From the IMG/VR virus record IMGVR_UViG_3300044956_000873: a DNA stretch of 64,000 bases; one strand, written 5' to 3'. The position numbers were made by a program, and so were the translations under genes. This stretch comes from an uncultured virus (IMG/VR IMGVR_UViG_3300044956_000873). Taxonomy: Duplodnaviria; Heunggongvirae; Uroviricota; Caudoviricetes. The notes under the pieces are model-generated. The model worked only from the letters and a program-made list of their open reading frames with translations, searched no databases and had not been told where the DNA came from. This document shows positions 30,172 through 40,025 of this stretch, piece after piece (positions within the stretch are counted from its first letter, which is position 1; each line of letters opens with the position of its first letter).

Positions 30172-30327
30172 ATTTTAACTCCTACTCTATAATAAGTAAA
30201 GTCTATATGGAAAAAGATAAAGAAGCCATAAAAGATATTACCAATTTTATTAAGAAGTATCCAAACGATTACGAGCTTGGTAAGAAAATAAGAGAGGTGT
30301 TTAGTCCCATAGTAAAAGATAAAGAAA

Positions 30328-30741
30328 ATGATAATAGGAATTGATTTTGACGGAACTTGTGTATCCCACGAGTTCCCTTATATTGGGAAAGATATAGGCG
30401 CAGTACCCGTACTGAAAAAACTAGTGGAGGATGGAAACCAGCTTATTCTGTGGACTATGAGATCTGATGGTAAAAGCGGGGATTTTTTAAAGCAAGCAAT
30501 AGAATGGTTTAAGGATAACGATATCCCACTCTGGAGAATATAAAGAAACCCTTCGCAGGATTCCTGGACCACTTCTTCGAAAGCATATTGTGAAATGTAT
30601 ATAGATGATGCTGCTTTAGGATGTCCGTTAAAGATTGATCCTGCTACATCATCTAGACCTTTTGTTGATTGGGTAGACGTCAGAAAAATTCTAGAGGGTT
30701 CTGGGATTATTAAGAAAATGGTAAACGTTGTAAATGATTAA
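30328..30741 (+). pseudogene. HAD-superfamily protein with in-frame TAA (30541-30543)
   Basis: IDFDGT motif I; the frame after the TAA carries K..CEMYIDD motif IV. Confidence 0.8.
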
Positions 30742-31246
30742 ATATTATGCTGGGATAGGCTCAAGGGAAACCCCACCTGGGGTTAAACCTATGATAGAGG
30801 AAATAGTTAAGATCCTTACTAAATTTGGATATGTTCTACGCTCTGGGGGAGCAGATGGATCGGATTTTATGTTCGAAAAATATTGTGAAGGCGAAAAAGA
30901 AATATATCTCCCCTGGAAAGGATTTAATAAAAACACCTCCGATCTTTATTTAGATAATATAGATCCGGAAATTATAGAGAGATCCAAAGAGATCGCAAAG
31001 AAATTTCATCCCTCTTGGAACTTTTTATCCAACGGGGGAAGAAAACTTATGATCAGGAACACTTTTCAGATTCTAGGCAAAGATTTAGAAAGTCCAGCTT
31101 CTTTTGTTGTTTGTTGGACACCAGGCGGAAAAATAACAGGAGGTACAGGGCAAGCTTTAAGAATCGCAAAAAGCTTATCTATACCTATATTTAACTTATA
31201 TGAAAAAGACTGCTTATACAAGCTAAAAATACAAATAAATATATAA
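30734..31246 (+). CDS. SLOG/DprA-like nucleotide-binding protein
   Basis: YAGIGSRETP, LRSGGADG, GGTGQA. Confidence 0.75.
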   Translation: MIKYYAGIGSRETPPGVKPMIEEIVKILTKFGYVLRSGGADGSDFMFEKYCEGEKEIYLPWKGFNKNTSDLYLDNIDPEIIERSKEIAKKFHPSWNFLSNGGRKLMIRNTFQILGKDLESPASFVVCWTPGGKITGGTGQALRIAKSLSIPIFNLYEKDCLYKLKIQINI

Positions 31247-31819
31247 ATGGCAGATACAATCAACTTACCAAACCCCAAAGAAAGAAACCTTTTCTTTGAC
31301 AAACAGGTCTCACAAAGTTCTGTAAATACTCTTTTAAAAGATATCATAGAAATTAATGAGCATGACAAATACATTAAAAAAATCTATGATGCTCACGACT
31401 TAAATTATACTCCTAAACCAATTAAGACCTATATTGATTCCTACGGAGGATATGTTTACCAGTGTTTAGGTTTAGTTGGGATAATGAAATCATCTAAAAC
31501 ACCTATTCATACAATAGTTACTGGGTGTGCAATGTCTTCGGGATTTTTGATAGCTATATCCGGACACAAGAGATTTGGACATCTTAGATCCACGTATTTA
31601 TATCACCAAGTTGCAGGAGGTGCTTTTGGGAAGGTGAAGGACATGGAAGAAGAACTTGTTGAGATTTAAAGATTACAACAAGCAGTGGAGGAGATAACAC
31701 TGGAAAGTACTGCTATAACAAAAAAGATGCTAGAGAAAGCCTACAGGGGGAAAAAAGACTGGTATATTACATCAGAGCAAGCAATTAAATTAAAAATAAT
31801 AGATGAAATAATATCTTAA
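31247..31819 (+). pseudogene. clpP: ClpP-like protease interrupted by in-frame TAA (31667-31669)
   Basis: IDSYGG, GCAMSSG, YLYHQ; the frame after the stop encodes KDWYITSEQAIKLKIIDEI and ends in a TAATG overlap with the helicase. Confidence 0.8.
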
Positions 31820-33246
31820 TGGAAGAACCTAAAATAATTCCTAAGCCTGTTATAGATTTTTCGTCTTTAAATAAAGATCAGAAAGAAGCTTTTGATAAGC
31901 TTAAGAATTTTATATACAATAGAAAAGATCACGATATTTATGTCCTAAAAGGTTGGGCAGGAACGGGAAAGACCTATTGTGTTAGTGTACTTGTTAGATA
32001 TGTTCTTGACGTTATTTACCCAGATAAAAATTGGTATAGGATAGCAGTTACTGGACCAACTAATAAGTCTGTTAGAGTAATTAAGAAAACAACTGGTATA
32101 AAAAATCCTAGAGTTATTTTTCAGACTGTTCATAAAATGCTTGGTCTAACAGAAAGAATAACACAGGACGGGCAACAGGAATTTGTTAGTCAAGGAGATT
32201 TTGTCCCCCAAATAGAAAAAGTCAAACTTCTTATTATAGATGAGGTGTCTATGCTTAATGATGACTTGTTTCACGAAATATTAAGATATAGAGGCAAAGT
32301 TAAGATTATATGTATGGGCGATCCCGCGCAAATCCCCCCAGTCGGAAAACCAGACTGTATTCCATTTAGAGACGAATTTGCTGAAATGTATGGGATAAAA
32401 ACTATAGAGCTTAAAACAATAATGAGGCAAAAAAGGGATAATCCTATTATAGACACTTCAGTTACTATAAGAAATGATTTAGAAAATCCCTACGTTGACA
32501 CAGGAAACACATCTAAATTAAACGATAGGGGGGAAGGAATAGAGATAATAAATATAATCTCTAGTGATCGAAGAGTTACTTTCTCTGATATACTTTCTAA
32601 CTATTTTAAAACCGAAGAGTTTAAGGAGGATTCTGAATACTCTAAAATAATAGCTTGGAGAAATAAAACAGTAGAAACTATGAATAATCTTGTTAGGAAG
32701 GTTATTTACGGGGAAGAAAATGTCGGGTCTAAAATATTAATAGGTGAAAAGCTTATAGCCAATAATCCTATCATGAATATGAATCAGATACTTTTTAATA
32801 CCAATGATGAGTTTAGTGTGGAGAACTTTGAAATAAAAAAAGAAAAAGTTAAGATAGATGGTGGGGAAGGAGCTTTAAAGTATTATGAAACTAAAGTTAC
32901 CTATTTAAATGATGATGATAAGAAAGTTTGCTACTATATAGACATACTACACGAAGACAGCGAATCATATTTTAATGTTTTAGCAGGTAAGCTTAAAAAA
33001 ATAGCAATAGAAAAAAGAGGTAAGGAAAAATCATGGATAAAATATTACGATTTTCTTAGGAGGTTCGCAGATGTTAGTTATGCCTATGCTATAACTGCAC
33101 ACAAATCCCAAGGCAGTACGTATAACACTGCTTTTGTTCTCGAAGATGATATAGATGTCAACACTAATATCGTAGAGAGAAATAGAATAAAATACACAGC
33201 ATACACAAGATCAAGTAAAAAATTATATGTACTTAAACGATTCTAA
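31819..33246 (+). CDS. dda: SF1B (Dda/RecD-like) DNA helicase
   Basis: GWAGTGKT, IIDEVSM, GDPAQIPPV, YAITAHKSQGST, YTAYTR. Confidence 0.88.
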   Translation: MEEPKIIPKPVIDFSSLNKDQKEAFDKLKNFIYNRKDHDIYVLKGWAGTGKTYCVSVLVRYVLDVIYPDKNWYRIAVTGPTNKSVRVIKKTTGIKNPRVIFQTVHKMLGLTERITQDGQQEFVSQGDFVPQIEKVKLLIIDEVSMLNDDLFHEILRYRGKVKIICMGDPAQIPPVGKPDCIPFRDEFAEMYGIKTIELKTIMRQKRDNPIIDTSVTIRNDLENPYVDTGNTSKLNDRGEGIEIINIISSDRRVTFSDILSNYFKTEEFKEDSEYSKIIAWRNKTVETMNNLVRKVIYGEENVGSKILIGEKLIANNPIMNMNQILFNTNDEFSVENFEIKKEKVKIDGGEGALKYYETKVTYLNDDDKKVCYYIDILHEDSESYFNVLAGKLKKIAIEKRGKEKSWIKYYDFLRRFADVSYAYAITAHKSQGSTYNTAFVLEDDIDVNTNIVERNRIKYTAYTRSSKKLYVLKRF

Positions 33247-33571
33247 AATAAAACACATATTAGCAATATTTTTTGCGATGGGTATATCTCACGAATTAGT
33301 CGTTTTATTTAGGTTTTCTATACCTGAATTATCCTTAATCTATACGGTGGGTTTATTGATATTAATATTTAATTTTTCCGCGGTAAAAAGATATGTCTGG
33401 CCCCCCGGATTGAGCATCATAGGTATTTTTTCTTTACTCTATTTTGTATTTATTTTGATAGGATACGGAGCTGAATTTTTTAGAGATTTATCCTCGGTTG
33501 TATCTATAGCGGTCTGGCTTAAATGTATATCATGTCTAAATAATGAAATAGATATAGAGGATTACGAATAA
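33227..33571 (+). CDS. Small multi-pass membrane protein
   Basis: Hydrophobic profile. Confidence 0.6.
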   Translation: MYLNDSKIKHILAIFFAMGISHELVVLFRFSIPELSLIYTVGLLILIFNFSAVKRYVWPPGLSIIGIFSLLYFVFILIGYGAEFFRDLSSVVSIAVWLKCISCLNNEIDIEDYE

Positions 33572-33714
33572 TATAAAATAATAAGAATGACGAAGATGTC
33601 AGAAAAATACAGACACATAGGATATTCTTATCTGGGAGTACCTAACTAATGGAAGCCTATAGTGAGAAGACAATAGTAGAGATAGAAAGAAAAATGTAAC
33701 CCAGATTTTGTACT

Positions 33715-34431
33715 ATGAAAAAATATCATGTTAATTATGCAGATAAAATGTATTATGGTTCACAACTATTAAATACAGATACTGGTAAAACTTTATGTAA
33801 ATTTGATGTATCTTTATCTTTTAATAAAGGAGATCTAGATAACTCTTTTGTAGAAAAAAATAATCATATATTAAACCAACCAAGGGGTGCAGGATATTGG
33901 TTATGGAAACCATATGTTATAGTAAAAGCACTATCACAAATGAACGATAATGATCTTTTATTTTATACAGATTCTGGATCATATTTTTTAACTCCAATCG
34001 ATCCTATAACATAAATAATGGAAAATACTCAAGAAAAATTGTTATTATTTACATTAGAAGAATTTCATACACATGAAAAATGGACAAAAAGAGATTGTTT
34101 TGTTTTAATGGATATGGATAAAGAACCATATATTTCCTGTGGTCAAATTTTAGCAAGTTTTGTTTTGATGAAAAAGACTCCATTTGTTGTTGATTTTATG
34201 AATCAATGGTTAATGTATGCACAAGATCAAAGAATAATTACAGATTTACCCAATCAATGTGGTAAACCAAATTATTCAAATTTTATAGACCACAGACACG
34301 ATCAAAGTATTCTTAGTTTATTGGGTAGAAAGTATAATATTAAAACAATACCAGACATATCACAATATGGTAATGATAGAAGACCTGCAGCAATACCACA
34401 AATAATGGACCATACTAGGAAAAAATCATGA
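33715..34431 (+). pseudogene. Glycosyltransferase-like protein split by in-frame TAA (34012-34014)
   Basis: RGAGYWLWKP, YTDSG, DHRHDQSILS; both halves in the same frame. Confidence 0.7.
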
Positions 34432-34640
34432 ATAATGTTACAATTCAATGTATAAGTTTACCAGATTCTGATAGAAGAAAAACATTTTCGAGTAGATTGG
34501 ATATTCCTTTTATGTTTTTTGATGCAGTGGATTGTAGAAAATTTAAAAATATAACTTCTGTTATCTCTCAATCTGGAATTAAAAATATGGCATCTAAATT
34601 AATGAATATCCGGGGTGTCAAAAATTTTAGAAGTTTCTAA
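34428..34640 (+). pseudogene. GT25-like N-terminal fragment
   Basis: CISL...RR...F.FFDAVD, then truncated. Confidence 0.45.
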
Positions 34641-34663
34641 GTTTTTTTATATACTCTATACAC

Positions 34664-34936
34664 TTAAGTCACTTCATTTATCAATTCAGCTAATTTTACA
34701 TCTTTATGGGTAATAATATAACCGGCATCATGTGTTGATAATTTTAGAGTTATTTGATTATAAATCCAATTTATTTCAGGATGATGATTTTCTGTTTCAC
34801 AAATTTGTGATATTTTATTTATGAATTGTAAAGCTCCATTAAAATCAGAAAATTGGAAATCTCTACAAAGTTTCCCATCAATCTCTATCCAGTTTTGAAC
34901 AGATTCAAATAATTTATAAGATTTTAAATATCTCAT
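34664..34936 (-). CDS. Pterin-4-alpha-carbinolamine dehydratase with leader MRYLKSYKLFES
   Basis: F.DF..A..F, ENHHPEI, LSTHDAG motifs. Confidence 0.85.
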   Translation of the reverse strand: MRYLKSYKLFESVQNWIEIDGKLCRDFQFSDFNGALQFINKISQICETENHHPEINWIYNQITLKLSTHDAGYIITHKDVKLAELINEVT

Positions 34937-34983
34937 ACTCCAATTTGTTTTTGGAAGATATCCAGAAAAAATATATTACAAAT

Positions 34984-35052
34984 GAAAGCCGGGGTGGTTG
35001 CGATTTCCCGGCTTTCGATGATACTTGCGTAACATCACGGTCCTAAGCCGTG
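34984..35052 (-). ncRNA. Candidate structured RNA: three abutting hairpins
   Basis: CACGG-CTTAGGA-CCGTG; GATGTTAC-GCAA-GTATCATC; GAAAGCCGGG-loop-CCCGGCTTTC. Confidence 0.5.
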
Positions 35053-35597
35053 TAAAATTGAAATCTTTTCCTTCGTTTCTTCTATAATATCTATCCGATA
35101 TGGCTAGAAAAAAAGAGAAATCGTCGGGAATAATATAGATAATATTTGTATTTTAACGGGTAAGAGAAAGGATCTTTTCGAAAATATGAGAAAGTTATAC
35201 CCCAAAGGTAAAAAAGAATTGCAGCTATCTATGTGTATGGAATCGGAAGATAAGAGGGCGGATTACTATCTTAATAATATTTTTAATATAAATAATATAA
35301 AAAATAAAATATGAAGTCTTTACTTTTTTTTTGTTGTAGTTTTAATTTATTCGTGTTCATCTGGTAAAATGGACATTAAAGAAATAGATTGTTTGGTTTA
35401 TAAGTGTGAATTGATTGAAAAAAAAATCAGTTCATGATGATATTAATCCGCCTAAATATAAAGTGTATACAGATTGAGGACACTACTTTATTGGATATAG
35501 AAAATATCAAATAGGAGACACAGCAACTTTAAGACTTATTAGGTATAACTAAATAATAATTTAGCTATTTGGGATATATAAAACAAAAATATATTAC

Positions 35598-36410
35598 ATG
35601 GTACTTAAACTAGGATCTAAGGGAACTGAGGTAGAAAAACTACAAAATTTTTTAGATGTACCTATCAATGGAAATTTCGACGAAAGCGTAGACAAAGCTT
35701 TAAAATCTTGGCAAAAATCTAATGGATTAAAAGATGATGGGATAGCAGGTCCAATCACTCTTAAAAAAATGGGCATAATCCTACAATCCGCTGTTCCTGT
35801 TCCTGCTTCCTCATTCAAGCTAGACAATCTAAAAGGACACATTCCTGATTCGGTTATAGCTCAAATACCAGATACCGCAGCTAAATTTGGAATAACAAAC
35901 GTGCTTAGACTTTCTCACTTCCTTGCACAGTGTGGGCATGAGTCCGGGGGTTTTAAAGCGGTTTCAGAAAATCTTAATTATTCAGCTGATGGTTTAAAAA
36001 AGATATTCGGTAAATATTTTCCCGGTAATCTTAACGAATCATACGCTAGGCAACCAGAAAAAATTGCCGCAAGAGTTTATGGAAATAGGATGGGGAATAG
36101 AGATGAATCTTCTAAAGAAGGATGGAAATTTAGAGGCAGAGGATACATTCAGTTAACTGGAAAATCTAACTACGAAGCATTCGACAAATTTGTTGATGAT
36201 GATATTCTAGGTAATCCCGATTTAGTTGCAACTAAATATCCTTTAATGTCTGCAGCTTGGTTCTTTAATAAGAATGGCTTATGGACTATTTGTGATAAGG
36301 GAGCAGACGATGCAACGGTTACATCTGTTACTAAAAGAGTAAACGGAGGTACTATAGGTTTAGCTGATAGAATTAAACACTTTAAAGAATATTACAACCT
36401 ACTTAAATAA
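35598..36410 (+). CDS. Endolysin: PG-binding domain + GH19 lysozyme/chitinase domain
   Basis: DGIAGPIT; HFLAQCGHESGG, RGRGYIQLTG, VNGG. Confidence 0.9.
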   Translation: MVLKLGSKGTEVEKLQNFLDVPINGNFDESVDKALKSWQKSNGLKDDGIAGPITLKKMGIILQSAVPVPASSFKLDNLKGHIPDSVIAQIPDTAAKFGITNVLRLSHFLAQCGHESGGFKAVSENLNYSADGLKKIFGKYFPGNLNESYARQPEKIAARVYGNRMGNRDESSKEGWKFRGRGYIQLTGKSNYEAFDKFVDDDILGNPDLVATKYPLMSAAWFFNKNGLWTICDKGADDATVTSVTKRVNGGTIGLADRIKHFKEYYNLLK

Positions 36411-36421
36411 TAAATTAATAT

Positions 36422-37030
36422 ATGTGCTACACAAGAGAACAAATAGAAAAAGCTGTTAAAGATAAAGGATATGTTTGGTTTGAAGATAAAGCAAACAAAA
36501 CGTATGATGTAAACATTATTGGAGTTAGGAATACTTTACCTTCTGTATACAAAAAGGTCACTAATGTTTTTGATGACCATTTAACTGTATCATTTAAAGA
36601 CGAGAGTTTAAACTGGCAATCTTATTGTTGGATGGGAACTTGCGATCCTGGTAAAAAGGGGGTTATGGAATTCCACAATAAAAAGGGGGTTGCTAGATTA
36701 GTGCCTGGCCAATATAGGGGTGTTTGGAAAATAGACAAGCACCGAGGTAAGTATGAAGCTCTTTGTCAGAGAAATGGTAATGTAACTGTTTGGAGAGACA
36801 AGAACAGGGATTTACTTTTTGAAGAAAGTGTTACTGATACTGGTATGTTTGGTATTAACATACACAAAGCTGGGCAAGATTCAACATGGGTGGAAAATTG
36901 GTCTCTGGGATGCCAGGTGTTTAAAAGAGTTAAGGATTTTAATGCTTTTATGGCAATTTGCAGAAAAGCATCTAAAATTCACGGTAACAAATTCTCTTAT
37001 ACATTATTAGAGTCTACTGATATAGCTTAG
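36422..37030 (+). CDS. Possible L,D-transpeptidase (YkuD)-like protein
   Basis: GINIH...WSLGCQV (Hx..SxGC). Confidence 0.5.
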   Translation: MCYTREQIEKAVKDKGYVWFEDKANKTYDVNIIGVRNTLPSVYKKVTNVFDDHLTVSFKDESLNWQSYCWMGTCDPGKKGVMEFHNKKGVARLVPGQYRGVWKIDKHRGKYEALCQRNGNVTVWRDKNRDLLFEESVTDTGMFGINIHKAGQDSTWVENWSLGCQVFKRVKDFNAFMAICRKASKIHGNKFSYTLLESTDIA

Positions 37031-37031
37031 T

Positions 37032-37298
37032 TTATATTCTTTTAATAGATATTTTAAGATCTCCAGATCCTTTAATGAGGCGATGATATTCGCCTCTTTT
37101 TATTTTTATTGGTCCATTTAATACTATAGGGAACTGATTATCAAATTGAAATTTCCAATCTGTTTCTTCTATAGCTTCTATTATCCTGTCCTCTTCATCG
37201 AAGTGCCATTTCAATTCCTCGTCGAATAATAATTCTTTAAATATTCTTATGGATTCTTTATTCGAGATCCATTCCTCAATGAAAGGTAAGTTATTCAT
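37032..37298 (-). CDS. Small cupin-like protein
   Basis: LKWHFDEEDR...YHRLIKG. Confidence 0.6.
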   Translation of the reverse strand: MNNLPFIEEWISNKESIRIFKELLFDEELKWHFDEEDRIIEAIEETDWKFQFDNQFPIVLNGPIKIKRGEYHRLIKGSGDLKISIKRI

Positions 37299-37351
37299 AT
37301 TTTATATATCTTTTTATCCTATATAGGGATATATATTTCATTAAACCCCTT

Positions 37352-37534
37352 ATGAGAATTCTTGGGGTTGGTATTGTAATTACGTGTGTTTATTTAATAG
37401 CTCTTTTTAGTGGGCTCGACACAGCAGTTATTGGATCAACTTGGTCAAATATAGTAGGTATAATACTGACTAACTTATTTAGCATAGTTGGTACTATAAT
37501 GGGGGTTAAATACGCAACGGAAAAGGGAAAATAA
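37352..37534 (+). CDS. Two-TM small protein (holin-like candidate)
   Basis: Hydrophobic, near the endolysin; basic C-terminus. Confidence 0.45.
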   Translation: MRILGVGIVITCVYLIALFSGLDTAVIGSTWSNIVGIILTNLFSIVGTIMGVKYATEKGK

Positions 37535-37538
37535 ATAG

Positions 37539-38108
37539 CTATTCAAATCTCTTCCTATCTGCTATAGAATTTAGATATTCATTTAATTCTAATTCTTTAT
37601 CTCCTTTAGCTAAAAAGAAAAAGTATTTATTATTATCCACATCCGCATCAGTAGTTCTATCTATTACATCGTCTGCTCCTAATTTAAATTTTAATCTGTT
37701 TGCTAAATCAGATCTCGTTTCTTTACTGATAAAATCCCACTTATATTCCGAGATAATGTTTGTTATTTCTTCTCTGATTATATCTGCTTCGACACTAGAA
37801 GGAAGAAGATTATTAAGGTGACTTATATTTGATAAATGGGATGCAATAGTAGGGAATAGATACATTTTCATCATAAGAACCGGTGTCATCGAAACCTCAT
37901 CTATCCATGATTTAAATTCAAAATCCATAATCTTATCCTTGTGCATTTCTATGTAACTCTCTATTACTTCGATACATCCTTCGTAATCTTCAATAAGATC
38001 TTCCATAGTGAACGGAAAGAATTTTTTAATTGTCTTTGGACCTCTTTGTAGATTTTCTATTTTTTCGAAAATCTTTCTCCTAATGTCAGTTTTTATACTT
38101 TTCATCAT
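37539..38108 (-). CDS. Hypothetical protein
   Basis: ORF track. Confidence 0.7.
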   Translation of the reverse strand: MMKSIKTDIRRKIFEKIENLQRGPKTIKKFFPFTMEDLIEDYEGCIEVIESYIEMHKDKIMDFEFKSWIDEVSMTPVLMMKMYLFPTIASHLSNISHLNNLLPSSVEADIIREEITNIISEYKWDFISKETRSDLANRLKFKLGADDVIDRTTDADVDNNKYFFFLAKGDKELELNEYLNSIADRKRFE

Positions 38109-38451
38109 AAAATTTTACTATTTCGTCGACATCTGTTATAAAAACAATATCGTTGTCTTTAAGTCCCAATGTGTAAAGTGTAGGCATAAAGGAATTCCTT
38201 TGGAATTTTTCTCTTCCCCAAGGATCCTCTATATTGCTTGGATAATAAACTTTTACGTTTATAATCTTATCTATAAATTTTTTGAACCTCCATTTATTTT
38301 CCTAGAAGATAAATCTCTTATTCTCTCCTTTATGAGTTTTCTCTGCCTCTACCAATATGAAAAGATCTACAACATCATATAACTCCTCTAATTTTAGTTC
38401 TAGTATTTCTAGTTCGTTGTAAAATGTAAAACAATCGATTACTTTTTTCAT
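38086..38451 (-). pseudogene. GT17-like glycosyltransferase fragment with in-frame TAG (38302-38304)
   Basis: MKKVIDCFTFYNELEILE...FILVEA; REKFQRN; DVDEI, then truncated. Confidence 0.7.
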
Positions 38452-38515
38452 ATAATATTTTACCCGAAAAAAAATTATTGTTTCTTATTAAATATATAAT
38501 AAAAGAAAATATGTT

Positions 38516-38716
38516 ATGGACTATAGAGAATACCTTAAAAACATAAAAAAGAAACTGGACTCTTTAAATAAAGTTGCTGGAGTTAACCCGGAAGCAGACA
38601 GAGAGCTTAAAAAACAAATGCAACAATCTCATATGCCATCCGATGAGATATTCGATATGTTAGGACACGGTGCTAAAATGTGGATAGATAAGAATAAAAA
38701 TCAAAATCCTTTGTAA
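38516..38716 (+). CDS. Small hypothetical protein
   Basis: ORF track. Confidence 0.6.
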   Translation: MDYREYLKNIKKKLDSLNKVAGVNPEADRELKKQMQQSHMPSDEIFDMLGHGAKMWIDKNKNQNPL

Positions 38717-38767
38717 CCTATTCGGGTTTAGACTATAAGAAGTTTATAATCCATTAAAAATGTATTA

Positions 38768-39649
38768 ATGCGGGATTTTAAAATAATTAACAGGATAACT
38801 AATACTTCTGATAATCTAAACCGATACTTCAACGAAATATCAAAATATGAATTATTAAGTCCAGAGAAAGAGGCTGAACTTGCTTTTAAAGCTAAAGAAG
38901 GGGATGAAAAAGCTAAAGAAGCAATATTAAAATCTAATCTAAGATTTGTTATTTCTGTTGCAAAATCATATGTTTCTGACAACTCTCCCCTGGAAGATCT
39001 TATATCCGAAGGAAATAAAGGATTGGTAGAAGCAGTCGAAAACTTTGATCCTACTACCGGATTTAAATTCATTAGTTATGCTGTTTGGCATATCAGAAAA
39101 AACATACTTGTATATCTTAATAATCATACAAGATCCATAAGAATTCCCTCTAATGTAAATAATGAGATGAGAAAATATCATGCTATAGAGGAATCTTTTA
39201 TCTCTTATAATGGTTGGCAACCTTCAATAGATGAGATGCTAGAAATAATAGAAAATCCAGAATATGGTGTACAGATTTCTAACACTACAATAGAAACGAT
39301 TAAAAACACTCCGCTTTCTATTCCTCTTGAAAATTACGGAAAAGAAAATGATGGGATTAGCTCTCCATTAAGCTGGTTGCAATCATCTGAAAATAGTGAT
39401 GGAATAACACTAAACGACGATATTAGGAATATTATTATGAGGACCCTTTCTGAGTTAAAACCTATGGAGAGGGAAGTTACTATTTTGAAATACGGGCTTG
39501 GGAACTTAAAAGAACCTATGAGCTATAAAGCTATAGGGGAGAAGCTAGAAAAAACAACCGAATGGGCTAGGATTATTTCTAAGAAAGCTGAAATGAGGAT
39601 GAAGTCTATTATTAGAAGAAGAAAAATAAAAGAATTATTCTTCGATTAA
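38768..39649 (+). CDS. Second, more diverged sigma-70 (RpoD-like) factor
   Basis: SNLRFVISVAKSY, DLISEGNKGL, FISYAVWHIR; region 4.2 diverged (KTTEWARI). Confidence 0.88.
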   Translation: MRDFKIINRITNTSDNLNRYFNEISKYELLSPEKEAELAFKAKEGDEKAKEAILKSNLRFVISVAKSYVSDNSPLEDLISEGNKGLVEAVENFDPTTGFKFISYAVWHIRKNILVYLNNHTRSIRIPSNVNNEMRKYHAIEESFISYNGWQPSIDEMLEIIENPEYGVQISNTTIETIKNTPLSIPLENYGKENDGISSPLSWLQSSENSDGITLNDDIRNIIMRTLSELKPMEREVTILKYGLGNLKEPMSYKAIGEKLEKTTEWARIISKKAEMRMKSIIRRRKIKELFFD

Positions 39650-39963
39650 GCTAGTTCTATTTCCTCTATTATAAAAGGCAATTTAGTTCCGTATCTATAC
39701 ATACAAAAATGATCAAATTCTTCTTCGTTCATTTTTTCTGTGTGAAACTCCATTTCATCCCACAGAACTTTATTATCCTTGTCTTTTAAATAGAGATCAA
39801 AAACATCTTTACCTTTCTCTATCTTTTTTACGAGTGAGTTATTTAGATCTTTTTTTATTTTTTCCGCTCTTTCTTTAGAGATTGTTATTTTTTCAATCCA
39901 CTCTTTTCTAGATCCTTCTTCAATTACAGATCCTCTTATTATATAAGCTTTCTTATTATTCAT
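39646..39963 (-). CDS. Hypothetical protein
   Basis: ORF track; start moved to MNNKK. Confidence 0.6.
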   Translation of the reverse strand: MNNKKAYIIRGSVIEEGSRKEWIEKITISKERAEKIKKDLNNSLVKKIEKGKDVFDLYLKDKDNKVLWDEMEFHTEKMNEEEFDHFCMYRYGTKLPFIIEEIELA

Positions 39964-40025
39964 ATCTGCTAATTTAATAAATAAATTAAAAAGCAAAAAG
40001 ATATATAAAGATAATGGAGACAAAA

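Noticed and set aside
34936..35045. Stop-codon read-through from the hairpin element into the pterin dehydratase ORF
   Set aside because: Neither the TAG (35045) nor the TGA (35037) in the element is in frame with the ATG at 34936.
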